A stretch of 64,000 bases of DNA from the human T2T-CHM13v2.0 reference genome, Homo sapiens: NCBI GenBank assembly GCA_009914755.4, contig CP068257.2, forward strand, positions 2,400,001-2,464,000. Direction: 5' to 3'. A program made the translations under genes and the position numbers. Below the pieces are notes generated by a model. The model did no database searches. It saw only the letters and a program-made list of their open reading frames with translations, and was not told where the DNA came from. Shown in pieces: positions 1 to 17,595 of the stretch. How positions within the stretch are numbered: the stretch's first letter is position 1; each line of letters begins with the position of its first letter.

Positions 1-432
1 GGGACAGACATTCAGATCCCAGCATCAGTGTTCTGGAATCCTGTGTGAGGGACAAACATTCAGACCCCAGGAGCAGCGTTCTGAAATCCTAAGTTAAGGG
101 TAAACATTCAGACCCCAGCATCAATGTTCTGGAATCCTTTGTGAGGGACAAACATTCAGACCCTCGTAGCAGTGTTCTGGAATACTGTGTAAGGGACAAA
201 CATTCAGACCCCAGGAGCAGCGTTCTGAAATCCTAAGTTAAGGGTAAACATTCAGACCCCAGCATCAATGTTCTGGAATCCTTTGTGAGGGACAAACATT
301 CAGACCCTCGTAGCAGTGTTCTGGAATACTGTGTAAGGGACAAACATTCAGACCTCAGGAGCAGCGTTTTGGTATCGTATGTGAGGGACAAACACGCAGA
401 CCCCAGCTGCCATGTTCTGGAATGCTATGATT
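1..432. repeat. Tandem array of a ~48-49 bp unit (gggacaaacattcagaccccag(g/c)agcag(c/t)gttctg(g/a)aatcct..gtgagg). About 9 copies, alternating two subvariants in a ~97-bp higher-order pattern. Runs off the 5' edge of the window.
   Basis: Unit starts read directly at 1, 49, 98 and 145 and onward, with high identity. It resembles the 48-bp subrepeat of the MER22/SST1-type satellite, but this is from memory only. Confidence 0.9.
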
Positions 433-479
433 GGGTTTATACTGTGAACCTCAGAAGTGTTCCTCTGTTTAATTAATTT

Positions 480-2990
480 TCTGCCTTAGGTGGAACATGA
501 CTAGAATGGGCTACAGTGGAAGGGGTAATTCCCTTCCCCTAGGTTATTTAGTCTCTGATTATACTAGAGCAGATTAGGCTGAAGTTAAGTAGTTTCTCCT
601 GTGGACAAGCCTTGTTAAGAACCAGGTACTCTGGCACATTTCAAACTGGTTTTCCTTTTTCCTTCCCAAAGGTAGAAGCAGGAGGGGAGTTTTCTCAGGT
701 ATTTGTCACAGGAGCCTGGTGAAGCCCCATGAGACAATTTTACAGTATTGTTCCCCCTCCCCCCACAATAACTCTATCTCTTTGTAGTTTTTACCACTTA
801 GAGTTGTCCACGCGGATCCTCCAGCCGTTCACCAGTTACGGTTTGAGTTTTTCTACTCCAGCACTGGTTCCAAGGTTGGTTTCAGTAGTGAGTCCATGTT
901 CCTGTAAGCCATTAAGTCCTATATTCATTTCTCTGTCTCTGCAATCCTGGGGGAAGTGGTTTGCCCTGTGTCCTCCCCTGAGATTCAAATCTAGAAACAA
1001 TTGTGGATTTTTTAGTCTCTTCAGCTTTTTATTTGTTGTTAAGATTAATTGTGTCATATTAATTTGTTGTTAAGCTTGTTATAAAAATTAATTATTGTAA
1101 AGTAATTATTGATTACCTCCAAGCTTCTTACATGCAGAAATAGGAACCTGGAATGTGTTTCTAAAACTATCTTCTCAATGCCTATGTGCACAGTTAAAGG
1201 ATTTTTTTCCACAGGAATATGGTCATGATGAATTATATTAGACTTCTTAATATTGAACTTTTCTTTATTCGTGGAATAAACTCAGAAAGTTCCTTCTTGG
1301 TCTTCACAGTCTATTTCTCTTCCTCTGTAAATGTTAGTGTTTCTGTAGATTCTGTACTTGTTTCTTTTATTCTTTCCTTCTCTTATTTTCATTTGGTCTC
1401 ATGGATTCAGGTACCATTGAAATTCTGGTAATTTCCAAATCTTTATCTTTAGTTTTGATCTCTCTTCTGAACCACTGGAGCCATATTCCCAATTGCCAGT
1501 TGAACATTCCCACATATGGAACCTCAGATGCTTCACACATGATATGTCCAGGTTTGTGTCACTTCTGGTTATCATATTCTTTTATTTCTTTGCAAATTTC
1601 ACTTCACAACACAAGTACCAAACTAGCTGGATCAGGGCAGATAACTTGGAAACAAAACTCCCCTTTTTACCCACTGCACAGCAAATTGGACCAAATCCTG
1701 TTTCTACATTTTTTTCCTTTTAAGAACTGCTTCCCTATTGTGTATTCTTACACTCCGTGTCCTGATGTACTGATGTAGGTGGTCATCTGTCTTCCTCTTT
1801 ACTCCCTTCTGGCTTTCCCTTAAGCCCTTTCCCATTCTCTTTCTCAGGGATGGCTGTTAAAATGCCAATATGGTCATGTAACTTTTCTGTCCTTACTGGA
1901 CCTCCTTATTTACACCTGCTTGTGAAGTGGCTGTGTTCACCCTGGGTGGATACAGCAATTTTTTGTCCTGTAGGAAGGAAATTTTGAAATGCCAGTGTAT
2001 ATGATTTTAATTAAGTATACTCACCCTTTTGTATCCATGGGTTTTGCATCTGCGGATTCAGCCAACTTCAGATTGAAAATATTCCCACAAAAATAGATGG
2101 TTGTCTCTGTGCAGAGCATCTACAGAAATTTTTCTTGTCATTATTTCCTAAACAGTGAAATATAACACCCATTTATGTAGCATTACATTGTCTTCAGTAT
2201 TATATGTAATCTAAAGATTTAAAGTTCAGTCGTGCATGGCTTACTGATGGGATTACTTTCTGAGAAATGCATCTTTAGGTAATTTCATTGTTTTGTGAAC
2301 ATCATAGTGTTACAAAAACCTACATGGTATGTATATTTTTATTTATATGTTTTTGGAATATGGGTAACCAGATGGCTCAGAGCCATTATTGAATATCATT
2401 TTCTGCACTTCATCTGCAATGCCAATATCAGGTTTCTGTGTATGTTTCATCATCATCTTATGGGACTATTTTGATATACATGTTTCATCATTGGCTGAAA
2501 TGTTATTATGCAGCTCATGACTGTATACAGGATGATGTACATAAGTTATATGTAAATATGAGACTTGTTTATATAAGAGAGTTATCCAATCTGTGGATTT
2601 TGGTATCTGGGTCTATCTTGGAATCAGTCCCCTTGGATACTGAGGAAGTAATGTAATGTAAAAATGATAGGTGCATAAAAATTTTTGAAATTAGGTCAAA
2701 TATTTAAATGCAGAATCACTGCATAATCAATTCCTTAAATATTGCATTTAGCTTTCATCACTGACCAGGATCATTCATCTAGGCATGGTGCTGTCCAGAG
2801 TTCCATTAAAGTAGTGTGTGTTCTCTTTGCCTTTGTCAGTAGACTTCTGATACTTTCTCATAGTCATGAGAATTCATGGTTCATGTGGAAGAGCCAAACA
2901 CCTGATTTTTCAGTAAAGTGGAACCTCATGATGCAAAAGAAACAAAATTTATTTTCTCCTTCTCTCTTATCTTAGTCTGCATTGAACTTG
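480..2990. repeat. Copy 1 of an intrachromosomal duplicated block (~2.5 kb) lying immediately 5' of the KRAB exons.
   Basis: Segments 480-1100, 1100-2300, 2225-2700 and 2686-2990 align colinearly at about 80-85% identity with 12640-13140, 13960-15040, 16290-16530 plus 17598-17815, and 17790-18050. Confidence 0.8.
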
Positions 2991-3097
2991 TGTCTCAATG
3001 AGTTCACCTAAACATTATTCCCAGTATGTGTTTATACTTATATATTCATAACCAAATCATGAGCTCCTTTGAGGAGTAGAATTTTATTCCTCTTTTT

Positions 3098-3290
3098 TTT
3101 TTTTGAGAGATAGGCTCTCTGTTGGCCAGGCTGGAGTGCAGTGGTGTGATCATCACTCACTGCACTGTCAAACTCCTGGGCTTGAGCAATCCTTCAGCCT
3201 CAGCTTACAGAGTAGCCAGGACTACAGGCATCCAGCATTATGCCTATTTTTTTTTCTTACTTTTGAAGAGAGAGGGTCTTGCATTTTGTT
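3098..3290 (-). mobile_element. Alu SINE (partial)
   Basis: Poly-T followed by gagacagggtctc...ggctggagtgcagtgg, the reverse complement of the Alu consensus. Confidence 0.85.
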
Positions 3291-3521
3291 TATACTTTTA
3301 TCCCTAGCAACAAGGGTGGTTCTAGATCTATAAGGTGAACTTTGTAATACAATTTTATTAATTCATAAGTTATTACAGTGGAAGCATATTTCTACTGTGA
3401 TTACTCCTTCTCCCACCATAAACAGTACAAAACAAACTACGTCTTATCTAAAATACATATAAGACACATGGACACACAAAAGAGTGAATTCCCAGATTCT
3501 TGTTTTTTGACCCTGGGCTGA

Positions 3522-3671
<150 letters not shown>

Positions 3672-3913
3672 TGAGTGAAACTTCCCAGTAACTCCCAGGA
3701 ATGTGTTTTGTTGTTGGTAAATATAGAAACCCTTTTAAGGTATAATAATATTTACTTGTAGGATTCTGGTTGATGAAAAATGTGTCATTACTCTGTAATG
3801 AAATGTTCAAATTGGCTCCTTCATTACACAGTCCCTGAAGCCCAGCTCTTGTCATTCTGAAAAGGATTTGACTTAGTGATTTGACAAAGTATTCCATTGT
3901 TTCTCATTACCAG

Positions 3914-4006
3914 GGCATTGCATTACCAAACCTGAGATGATCTTCAAGCTAGAACAAGGAGCAGAGCCATGGATAGTAGAAGAAACCCCAAACCTGAGAC
4001 TTTCAG
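3914..4006 (+). pseudogene. KRAB B-box exon, encoding (G)HCITKPEMIFKLEQGAEPWIVEETPNLRLS.
   Basis: AG acceptor at 3912-3913 and GTCAGT donor at 4007. Matches the KRAB-B consensus (..LTKPDVI..LEQG.EPW). Exits in phase 1, which joins exactly in frame to the zinc-finger exon at 5944. Confidence 0.8.
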
Positions 4007-4454
4007 GTCAGTCAGTGAATACTGGGGAGGGAGGCCTGGAGGAGTAATGCCCAGCAGATTTTGGTAGTGTTATCTTGTTTTCACCACTTTTTTCCCTAGG
4101 TCTTCGACCTGAAGACTGTTGGTCTGTATTAAATATCCATTATATAGTCCCCAGGGGTAACTCTCATGCATATATCCCAGTCTCTTATTTTTCTGAGTAT
4201 CTTCTTCTATTTACCTCAAATCCAATCCCTGCCATCCTCTCTTTAGGCCTTTTTCTTTGCTATTTATTTTCTCTATTTCCCCCTTTTCCTCTATTCTGAT
4301 GTAGTGTCTTAAAAAATTTTTTAGACATTCATGCATTTATTTATCCTTTGAATGTATCTTAGGCGATTTTTGAGAATCAGTCATTATAACAATGATGATG
4401 AAAATAGTGTTTCTTTTTAAGCTGTAGCTTTATTCTTCTTGTTTTATTTTTTAT

Positions 4455-4690
4455 TAAACAGATGGTTCTCACTCTGTTTCTCAGACTCAAGTGCAGTGGC
4501 ATGATTATAGTTCACTGTAACGATGAACTCCTGGGAGCAAGTGTTCCTCACAGCCTAGCCTCCCAAGTAGGTAGGACTACAGGTGTGTGCCACCACACCT
4601 GGCTAATTTTTTATTGTTTGTGGAGATGAGGTCTTGTTCTATTGCCCAGGCTGGTCTCAAACTTCTGGCCTTAAATGATCCTTGTAGACT
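4455..4690 (-). mobile_element. Alu SINE (partial)
   Basis: Reverse-complement Alu consensus motifs (cccaggctggtctcaaac, cctcccaagtag). Confidence 0.85.
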
Positions 4691-4719
4691 CCCACCCACA
4701 CACACAAAAAAAATAGTAG

Positions 4720-4875
4720 GTGAGTATGGTGACATGGGTTTGTAATCCCAGTTTTTATACTTGGGAGGTTGAGGTGGAAGGATTGCTTGAGCTCAGGAGT
4801 TTGAAGCTTCAGTGAGCTATGATAGCAACACTGCACTCCAGCCTGGGTAACAGAGTAAGATCCTGTCTCAGAAAG
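4720..4875 (+). mobile_element. Alu monomer-like fragment (FRAM/FLAM-type)
   Basis: gtaatcccag...gggaggttgaggtgg...gcactccagcctgggtaacagagtaagat. Confidence 0.7.
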
Positions 4876-5943
4876 AAATTATGAAACTGAGGAGAACCCA
4901 TCATAGGGGCCTGGATAGGGGTGGTGCTGGACTTGGGAGGATAACCAGAAGATTCTCGGTCTCAAGTCCAAAGAAACCAATGATTTCCTGTTGAAGGGCT
5001 CAGATTTCTGTTTGAGAGTGGAGTTTGTAGTTATCATTTGAAGATGAGAAATGTACAGGAAACTTCATTTTTATATATAACTGTGTGACATCTGAAACTC
5101 CAAAACACAAAATAAAACCCTTCAAAAATGGTGAATTATCAAGCAGGGGTGTGTGAGTGGAGAGGGACAGAGCTGTTGATCTCAGAAGGAACCAGAAATA
5201 CACTTTTCAAAGATGACGAGCACAGCCTGAGTTGCAGAACCAATCCTTCAGATCACCAGTATGGTTTTTTGACTGGAGGTTCTTTGCCTATTATGGTTCT
5301 GGGAAGCAGGAGATGTCATGTTTAAGTAGGAATTTGCCAGGATCTGTTTTTGTTTAACATGGGGAATAAGAGATTTTCTGCTTGGAAAACCTCCAGACAC
5401 ATTTAACCATTCTCAGGGAGGAGTGAAAAGTTAACATATAGGCAAAATCCTGTCTACAAGCTACTTCCATGCTTAGGAGACAGAAAAATGGCCATCTCCT
5501 GTACCTGCCAGTTGCTGACCCAAGAAAAACTGGCTATTTTCAAGGAATAATGATGAAAAAATAGCAACTACTAAAACAGCCACTATTGTTATATGAATAA
5601 ATAGAAAAAAAAGAGAGAAAACAAATGACGGATAATGAGCACTTATTAAAACCTATGAGTAGGAAGTAGATGCATATTATTACCAAATAATTCTTTGTGA
5701 AATAAAAAAGAAAAGGAAAACTTCAAAATGCAAAGAAAAACTCAATTGAACATTAGAAAATATACTGATTTATTACATGATGTCAGAAGGAACAGGAACC
5801 ATATGCATATAAAACCAATACCCATTATTAATTTTTATCAAATCTTACTCCACTGGGATAGGAAGTAATTTTTTTCACCTTTACACAAGCATTCTTTAAG
5901 ACATGCTCCTGTGTGGTTCATGGATACGTTTTTCTCATTTCAG

Positions 5944-7942
<1,999 letters not shown>

Positions 7943-9139
7943 ATTTCTCCATGCTCAGTCTAGGAGAATATGGACACAAATGGTGACCATTACCTCCTGA
8001 CCTACCAACAAGAAGGTTATAACCATGCTGTAACAGAAGTGCTATCATGCAGGCTTTCTTGTTCCCATTTTTACAGCACACTTCACACTTTAATGTCACA
8101 GATATGGCTGTTTTCCTAGAAGCTCATGTACCAACCTCTGCCAGCTTCAAACATTTCTTCTGCAACTTTCTCACCTCTCTTCTCCTCCATAGAATTGAAG
8201 AGAGTTAGGGCCTTTCTCAGGATTAGGCTTTGTCTCAAGGGAATTTTGGGGCTGGTTTGATCTTCTATGCAGACCACTCAGACTTTCTCTGTGTCAGTAA
8301 AAAATCTGGTTTTTTTTTAAATCATTCATGTGTTCACTGGAGTAGCACCTATAACTTCCTTCAAGAACTTTTTGTTTCCATTCACAACTTGGGTAGCTCA
8401 TGCAAAAAGCTTATCTTTGGCCTGTCTTAGCTTCTAACATGCTTTCTTCACTAAGCTTGATGATTTCTACCTCTTGATTTGAAGTGACAGATGTGAACAC
8501 TTCTTTTCACTTGAATACATAGTGGCCACTGCAGACTGGAGGGGCCTAATTTCATTGTTGTATCTTGGGGAACGGGGGGCTGGAAGAGAGAAATGGAGAT
8601 AGGGAAATGACTAGCCAATGAAACAGTCAAACACAACACTTTTCCATCGTTTTTACTGTCTTCCATAGATTTCCACCACTCTGAGACAATTCCAATAGTA
8701 ACATCAGAAATCACTGATCACAGATCATCATAACAGATGTGATAACTAAAATCTTTGAAAGATTGTGGGGATTGCCAAAACATGTGACACAGATGTGAAG
8801 TGAGCACACGGTGTGGAAAAATGGTGCTGATCAGACTTACTGAGAACTTTGTGGCCACAAATCTTTAATTTGTTAAAAAGGTGATGTTTCCAAGCTAAAT
8901 AAAGTGAAGCTCGATAAAGTGAGGTGTGCCTCTATTTTGATGAGCTCTAGCAATTTGTCTTTTCACTGGTGCATTTAGACCATGACATTCAAAGTGATTA
9001 TACAGTTGGGTTAATTTTGCCATATCATTTTCCATTCACTCCTATTGTTCTTTGTTCTTGGTTTGTCCTCCACTCTTTTTCTGCCTTTTATGGAGTTGAT
9101 GATTTTATATGATTTTTGTTTCCTCTCATTGCTTTTTAT

Positions 9140-9535
9140 TTTTTAATTGAGACAGCAGTCACCCAGGCTGGAGTGCAGTGGTGTGATCATGGCTCCCTGC
9201 AGCCTCAACCTCGTGGGTTCAAGTGATATTTCCACCTCAGCCTCCCAACTAGCTAGGACTACAAGTAAGTCATTAGCTAGGACTACAAGTATGCAATTAG
9301 CTAGAACTACAAGTATGCAATTAGCTAGGACTACAAGTATGCAATTAGCTAGGACTACCAGTACGCAATTAGCTAGGACTACAAGTATGCAATTAGCTAG
9401 GACTACAAGTATGCACCACAATACCTGGCCTTTTCTTTTTTGTAGGGACGGGGTCTCACTGTGTTGCTCAGGATAGTCTCTAACTCCTGGACTCAAGCCA
9501 TCTTTCTACCTTGGCATGAGCCACTATACCTGGCC
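9140..9535 (-). mobile_element. Alu SINE carrying an internal 27-bp VNTR expansion
   Basis: Alu reverse-complement ends are present. In between, the unit agctaggactacaagtatgcaatt repeats ~7 times at 9236-9420. Confidence 0.85.
9236..9420. repeat. 27-bp minisatellite (about 7 copies) derived from the Alu 'agctgggactacaggtg' segment
   Basis: Direct reading gives near-perfect copies of ttagctaggactacaagtatgcaa. Confidence 0.9.
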
Positions 9536-9780
9536 TGTTTTCTCTTTTTAGTATTTTTATACTTTGGTTTTTCCTAGTTGCCCTGGAGTTTGCAGTATAG
9601 ACTTGCAACAAATCCAAGTCCACCTTCAAATAACACTATACCAGTTCAGTTACTTTGACTGCCTTCTAAAAGAAATGTAATAGCTGTTTCTCTCATATTC
9701 CCATCTCTTGTGTTATTGTTGCCATTTGTTTCACTTATATGTAAGCATACATAGCCTTGTATATATTAAAGCATGTAATT

Positions 9781-10115
<335 letters not shown>

Positions 10116-10150
10116 TTATATGTTAGGTGAATTAAGAATAAAAAGTAAGC

Positions 10151-10467
<317 letters not shown>

Positions 10468-10516
10468 TTACCACCACTTATTCCTTCTCTAATGTTCTTT
10501 TTAAAATGTAGATTCA

Positions 10517-10800
10517 GGTGGGTGTAGTGGCTCACACCTGTAATCCCAGCACTTTGGGATGTTGAGATGGGTGGATCACGAGCTTAGGAGTTCAAGACCA
10601 GCCTGGCAAAGATGGTGAAACACTGTCTCTAATAAAAATACAAAAAAATTAGCCAGGCATGGGGGAGGGCTCCTGTAATCCCAGCTACTTAGGAGGCTGA
10701 GGCAGAGAATTGCTTGAACCTCGGAGGCAGAGATTTCAGTGAGCCGAGATTGTGCCACTGTGCTCCAGCCTGGACAACACAGTGAAACTCAGTCTCAAAA
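10517..10800 (+). mobile_element. Alu SINE
   Basis: Alu consensus with an A-rich tail. Confidence 0.9.
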
Positions 10801-11022
10801 TAAATAAATAAAAGTAAATAAAGTGTAGATTCAGTTTTCAGATGCGTATCTTTTTTTTGTCTAGATAATGTTTAACATATTCTCACATGACACATTTGCT
10901 GATAACAAGTTTCCTCAATTATTGTTTGTCCAAGGAATGTTTTATTTCTCATTTACTTTTGAAAGAAGATCTCACAGGACACTTAAATCTAAGTTCATTT
11001 TTTTTTCTCTCAGCATGCTTAA

Positions 11023-11380
<358 letters not shown>

Positions 11381-13115
11381 TGAATGTGATTTTTGTTTGT
11401 CTGTAGGTTTCTTTGTTTCTCTTTCTTTGTTTCTTTGTTTCTCTATAGGTAGGATGTTGTCCACTCCACCTTTGCTCTGTTGGAGCTGCTGTTTTGTACA
11501 GTTGGAGAATAACATGCCTAGCTGTAGGTTTTTAGCATGTGTCCTGTCTGGTGCACTCTGAGCTTCCGATCTTTGATTTTGTGTCTGACATTAACAGTGG
11601 AAGTTGTCAGACATGACTGTTGCAGATGTTTCTTCTACTTCTCTCTCTTCTCCTTCTAGTATTCTCATCACTCTATGTTACACCTTTTCTAGCTGTCCTA
11701 CAGTTCTTGGATATTATGTTCCATTGTTTTCAGTTTTTAAAGTTTCTTTCAATGTTTCCAGAGCTCAGAGACTCTTTCCTTTGTTGTGTTCAGTCTACTA
11801 GTAAGCCAATCAAAGACATTCTTCAGGTCTGTTGCAGTATTTTTTTATCTCTACTGTTTCTTTTTTGTTCTTTCCTTGGACTTCTGTCTCTCTGCTTACA
11901 TTGCCTATCTGTTCTTGAATGCTGTCTCCTTTGTTCATCAGAGCCCTTAGCATACTACTCAGAGATATTTTTAAAAATCCCTGTCTGATAATTCCAGCAT
12001 CATAGCTGTGTCTTGTTCTGATGATCTGTCACTTCAAATTGTGTTTTTTGCCTTTTAGTATGCCTTGTGCTTTTTCTTTATTCCTAGATATGGGATACCA
12101 GGTAAAAGGAACTACTGTAACAGTGCATCCTGTAATGATGGGAAGCTCTGGAGGGGAGGGGAAGCTGTCTTAGTCCATCCACCAGCATAACTTAGAGCAA
12201 GTAATTTGTAAACAACAGAAATTTGTTGTTCAGTTTGGAGGCTATAAAGTCCAAAGTCAAGGTTCCAAGAGATTCAGTGTTTGATGAGACCCATTCCTCA
12301 TAGATGGTGCAAGCTATATGTCCTCTCATGTTGGAATGGACAAAGAAGCTTCCTTTGGCCTCTTTCATAATTGCACTAATCCCAATCAGGATGACTTTGC
12401 CATTACCTTTCAAAGGCCCCACCCCTTAATTCTAGTGCATTGGAGACTTGGTTTCAACAGGCACATTTTGCAGGGTGTCGAGCAGGGAACAAATGTTCAG
12501 ACCATAGCAGAAGTGTTCTGGACTCTTACGATTGGGCCTCATTGTTTAAGTGAGTCTCTGCTTTTGGACTATGAACTTCACATGTCTTTCTCTGTTTTTG
12601 TCTTCCCCTTTAGGGATGACTGGAGTAGGCTGGAGTTGGGTACTTCCCTTCCAGAAGGTCATTTAGGATCTGATTATATGAGAGCAAGTTAGGCTGAGGT
12701 TCAGTAATTTCTCCTGAGGACAAGTCTTGTTAAGAACAGGGTGCTCTGGCATATTTTAAGATGGTTTTCCTTTTTCCTTCCCAAAGTTGGAAGCAGGAAG
12801 CCAGTTTTCTCAGGTATTTGCCACAGGAGCCTGGTGAAGCTCCAGGAGGTAAATTTTACAATATTATGCTCCTTCATAACTGGATATCCCTGGCGTTTTT
12901 ACCTCCTTGAGTTCTCCATAATGGAACCTTCAGCAATTCACCAGTTATAGTTCAAGATTTTCTACTCCAGCACTGGTTCCTAAGGTGGTTTCAGTAGTGA
13001 GTCTCTGTTCATGTAAGCCATAAATTCCTATATTCACTTCTCTATCTCTCCAATCTTGGGGGCAGTGGCTTGCCCTATGTCCTCTCTTCACATTCAAATC
13101 CAAAAAGGATTGTAG

Positions 13116-13955
<840 letters not shown>

Positions 13956-15266
13956 CTTCTAAGCTTCTTACATGCAGAAATCAGAACCTGGAATCTGTTT
14001 CTATGACTTTTCTTCTTAATGCCTATGTGGACAATTAAAGGATTTTTCTTCTCAGGACTCTGAATATGATGAATTGTATTAGTAGACTTTCTAATATTGA
14101 GCTGTTCTTAATTTGTGAAATAAACTCAGAAAGTTCCTTCTTGGTCTTAACAGTTTATTTCTCTTTGTAAATATTAGGGATTCTGTGGATTCTGTACTTG
14201 TTCTTTTTTATCCTTTCATTCTCTTAGGTTCATTTGGTCTGATGGATTCAGGTACCATTGAAATTCTGATAGTTTCAAAATCTTTATCTCCAGCTTTGAT
14301 ATCTCTTGTGAACTCTGGAATTGTATTCCCAATTGCCAGTTGGACATCCCTACATATGGGACCTCAGATATTTCAAACATGATGTGTCCAAGTCTGTATC
14401 ACTTCTGGCCATCCTATTGTTCTTTTATTTTTCCAAATTTCACATCACCAGTAACAAACTCACTGTGATCATGGCAGATAGCCTGGAAATAAAACTCCCC
14501 TTTTTACCCTCTGCACAGCAAACTGACATCAAATCCTGTTTCTACTTTTTTTCCTTTTAACTATTGCTTCCCTATTCTGTATTCTCACTGCTCCATCTTC
14601 TGATGTAGGAGGTCATCTGTCTTCCTCTTTTCCTCTCCTCTGACTCTTAAGCCCTTTCCTATTCTCTTTCTCATGAATGGCTGTTAAAATGCCAATATGG
14701 TCATGTAACTTTCTTGTACTTAGTGAACCTCCTTATTTACACCATGTTTGTGAAGTGGCTGTATTCACCCTGGGTAGACACAGAATGTTTTTGGCATGTA
14801 CAAAGAGAATTTTATGCTGCCTGTGTAGAGCTATTAATTTGTAAGTACACTCAGCTTTTTGTATCTGTACTTTTAATATCTGTGTATGTAAACAAACTTG
14901 GATGCAAAATATTTGAAATAAAATCAGACGCTTGCATCTGTAGTGAACATATTCAGACTTTTTCTTGTCATTACTTCCTAAACAACACAACTATTTACAT
15001 CCACATTGTATTTGGTCTTCTAAGTGTGAAAGGAAAATAAAGATTGGGACTCCAAACTCATTAAGCTAAAGGGAAAAATCAAGCTGGGAACTCACTCATG
15101 AAAACCTGCCTCCTCCTTTTGGTTCCTAAATAAGATGGCTACAAGATAAAAAGCTTTTTATCTTGTAGCCCCCCACTCATATTTTTCCCACAAGGAAATT
15201 TCTGGTGTACTTTAAGATCTTTAAAGTGTTTCTGTTAAAATTCATCATGGCAATGTAAATTCATAG

Positions 15267-15571
<305 letters not shown>

Positions 15572-15721
15572 CTGATAGCTCATCTTTACAGTGCATAGGA
15601 CAGAACTCAGAGTCATCCCTCTGCCCACCTGACACAAATGCATATCTGATTGTTCCCCTCCCTGTTTGTCTATGTTATGTATAAATGCAGATTCACTGAG
15701 ACAAAGGCATGAATGACTGTA

Positions 15722-16072
15722 TCAGTCTGTTCTCATACTGCTCTGAAGAAATACTCAAGACTGGGTCACTTATAAAGGAAAGAGGTTTAATTGACTCACA
15801 GCTCTGCATGACTGGGGAGGCCTCAGGAAACTTACAATAATGACAGAGAGCAGCTCTTCACGGGGGGGCAGGAGAGACTTTGAGTGCAAGCAGGGGAAAG
15901 GCCAGACACTTACAAAACCATCAGATCTCATGTGACTCATTATCATGAGAACAGCATAGAGGAAACTGCTTTGATGATCCAATTACTTCCACCTGGCCCC
16001 ACCCTTGACACATGGGGATTATTACAATTTATGGTGAAATTTGGGTGGGGACACAGAGCCAAACCATATCAA
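15722..16072 (-). mobile_element. MaLR (THE1/MST-type) solo LTR
   Basis: ...tgggtcacttataaaggaaagaggtttaattgactcacag...ggtggggacacagagccaaaccatatca is the reverse complement of the THE1/MST LTR consensus, which begins tgatatggtttggctgtgtcc. Confidence 0.8.
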
Positions 16073-16529
16073 TGAATGTTTTCCCCCTACCCCAGTCTTA
16101 CATGAAAACTGTATTTCTCAGTGTTTCACCCTTTCCCCTTTAAATTTGGAGCCCTCATAATCATTTTTAAAGAAAGGCATAGACTTGTCTCCTGGGTGTG
16201 CATCCTTAATGTTGGCAAATAAACCTCTTAAAATGATTGAGATTTGTCTCGGTCATGTTTCCTGATTGACCGAAGTGTTCCAGAGATGATATAAAGTACA
16301 CTCATGCATGGCTTAATGACATGTGTATGTTCTGAGACATGCATTACTAAGCAACATTTTTGTTTTGTGAACATCATAAAGTGTGCTTACATAATCCTAG
16401 ATGGTATATATGTTTATATTTTTTCTTATGAGAAATCATATGTTCTAACACCATCATTGAATATCAGTCACTTTCCCTACTTGATCTGCAGTGCTAGTAT
16501 CAAGTCCCACATATCAGGTTTTATCAGGG

Positions 16530-17595
16530 GAACCAGCCCCCAATATTTCAACGTAGGTTCTTTCTATTTTCCTTAAGTGTTGGCTGGTCTGAGAAATAAA
16601 GGGTAAAAAGAAAGAAATTTTACAGCTTGGCCTCTGGGGGTGCCATCACATTGGACCATGATGGCGACCTTGAGCTGCAAAACCAGCCAGTTTTTATTAG
16701 GGATTTTGAAAGGGGAAGGGGTGTATGAACAGGGAGTAGGTCATAAGGATCACATGCTTCAAAGGGCCATAAAGATCACAAGGTGAAGGCAAAATTAGAA
16801 CCACTGATGAGGGTCTGTGTCCCACTGTGCACACATTGTCTTGATAAACATCTTAACAGAAAACAAGGTTCAAGAGCAGAGACCAGTCTGACTAGAATTC
16901 ACCAGGCTGGAATTTCCCAATCCTAGCAAGCCTGAGGGTACTGCAGGAGACCAGGGTGTATTTCAGTCCTTATTTCAACTGCATAAGACAGACACTCCCA
17001 GAGCAGCCGTCTATAGACCTAACCCTGGGAATGCATTCCTTTCCCAGGGTATTAATTATTAATATTCCTTGCTGGGAAAAGAATTCAGTGATATTCTCTT
17101 ACTCACACGTCCATCTATAGGCTCTGTGCAAGAAGAAAAATATGGCTGTATTCTGTCTGACCCCGCAGGCAGTCAGACCTTATGGTTATCTTCCCTCATT
17201 CCCTGAAAATTGCTGTTATTTTGTTCTTTTTCAGGGTGCACTGATTTCATATTGTTCAAACAACCATGTTTTACAATCAGATTTGATATTGTTTGAACAC
17301 ACATTTTACAAACAATTTGTACAGTTAATGCAATCATCACACGGTCTTGAGGTGACATACATCCTCAGCTTACGAAGGTGATGGGATTAGATTAAAGTAA
17401 GACAGGGATAAGAAATCATAAAAGTATTAATTATAAAAGTATTAATAAATGTCCATGAAATATTCCCAATTTATATTCTTCTGCCATGGTTCCCGCCAGT
17501 CCCTCCATTCGGGGTCTCTGACTTCCTGCAAGAAGGTTTCTATATGTGTTTATAATCTTAGGGGGCCATGGTAATATACATGGTTCATTATTGAT
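16530..17595. mobile_element. ~1.06-kb insertion, probably an old LTR-type element, present in block copy 2 and absent from copy 1
   Basis: Homology between the block copies breaks at 16525 and resumes at 17598. Copy 1 is continuous across the equivalent point near 2440-2560. The insertion starts tgtctgagaaataaagg... It is an unclassified repeat by eye. Confidence 0.5.

Noticed and set aside
9236-9420. Regularly spaced 27-bp direct repeats that superficially resemble a CRISPR array
   Set aside because: This is a eukaryotic genome. The repeats are contiguous with no spacers, and they derive from Alu sequence.
9143-9496. 117-aa and 109-aa ORFs with internal sequence repeats (VLANCILVV.. / QLARTTSM..)
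   Set aside because: They are translations of the 27-bp VNTR inside an Alu and are not coding.
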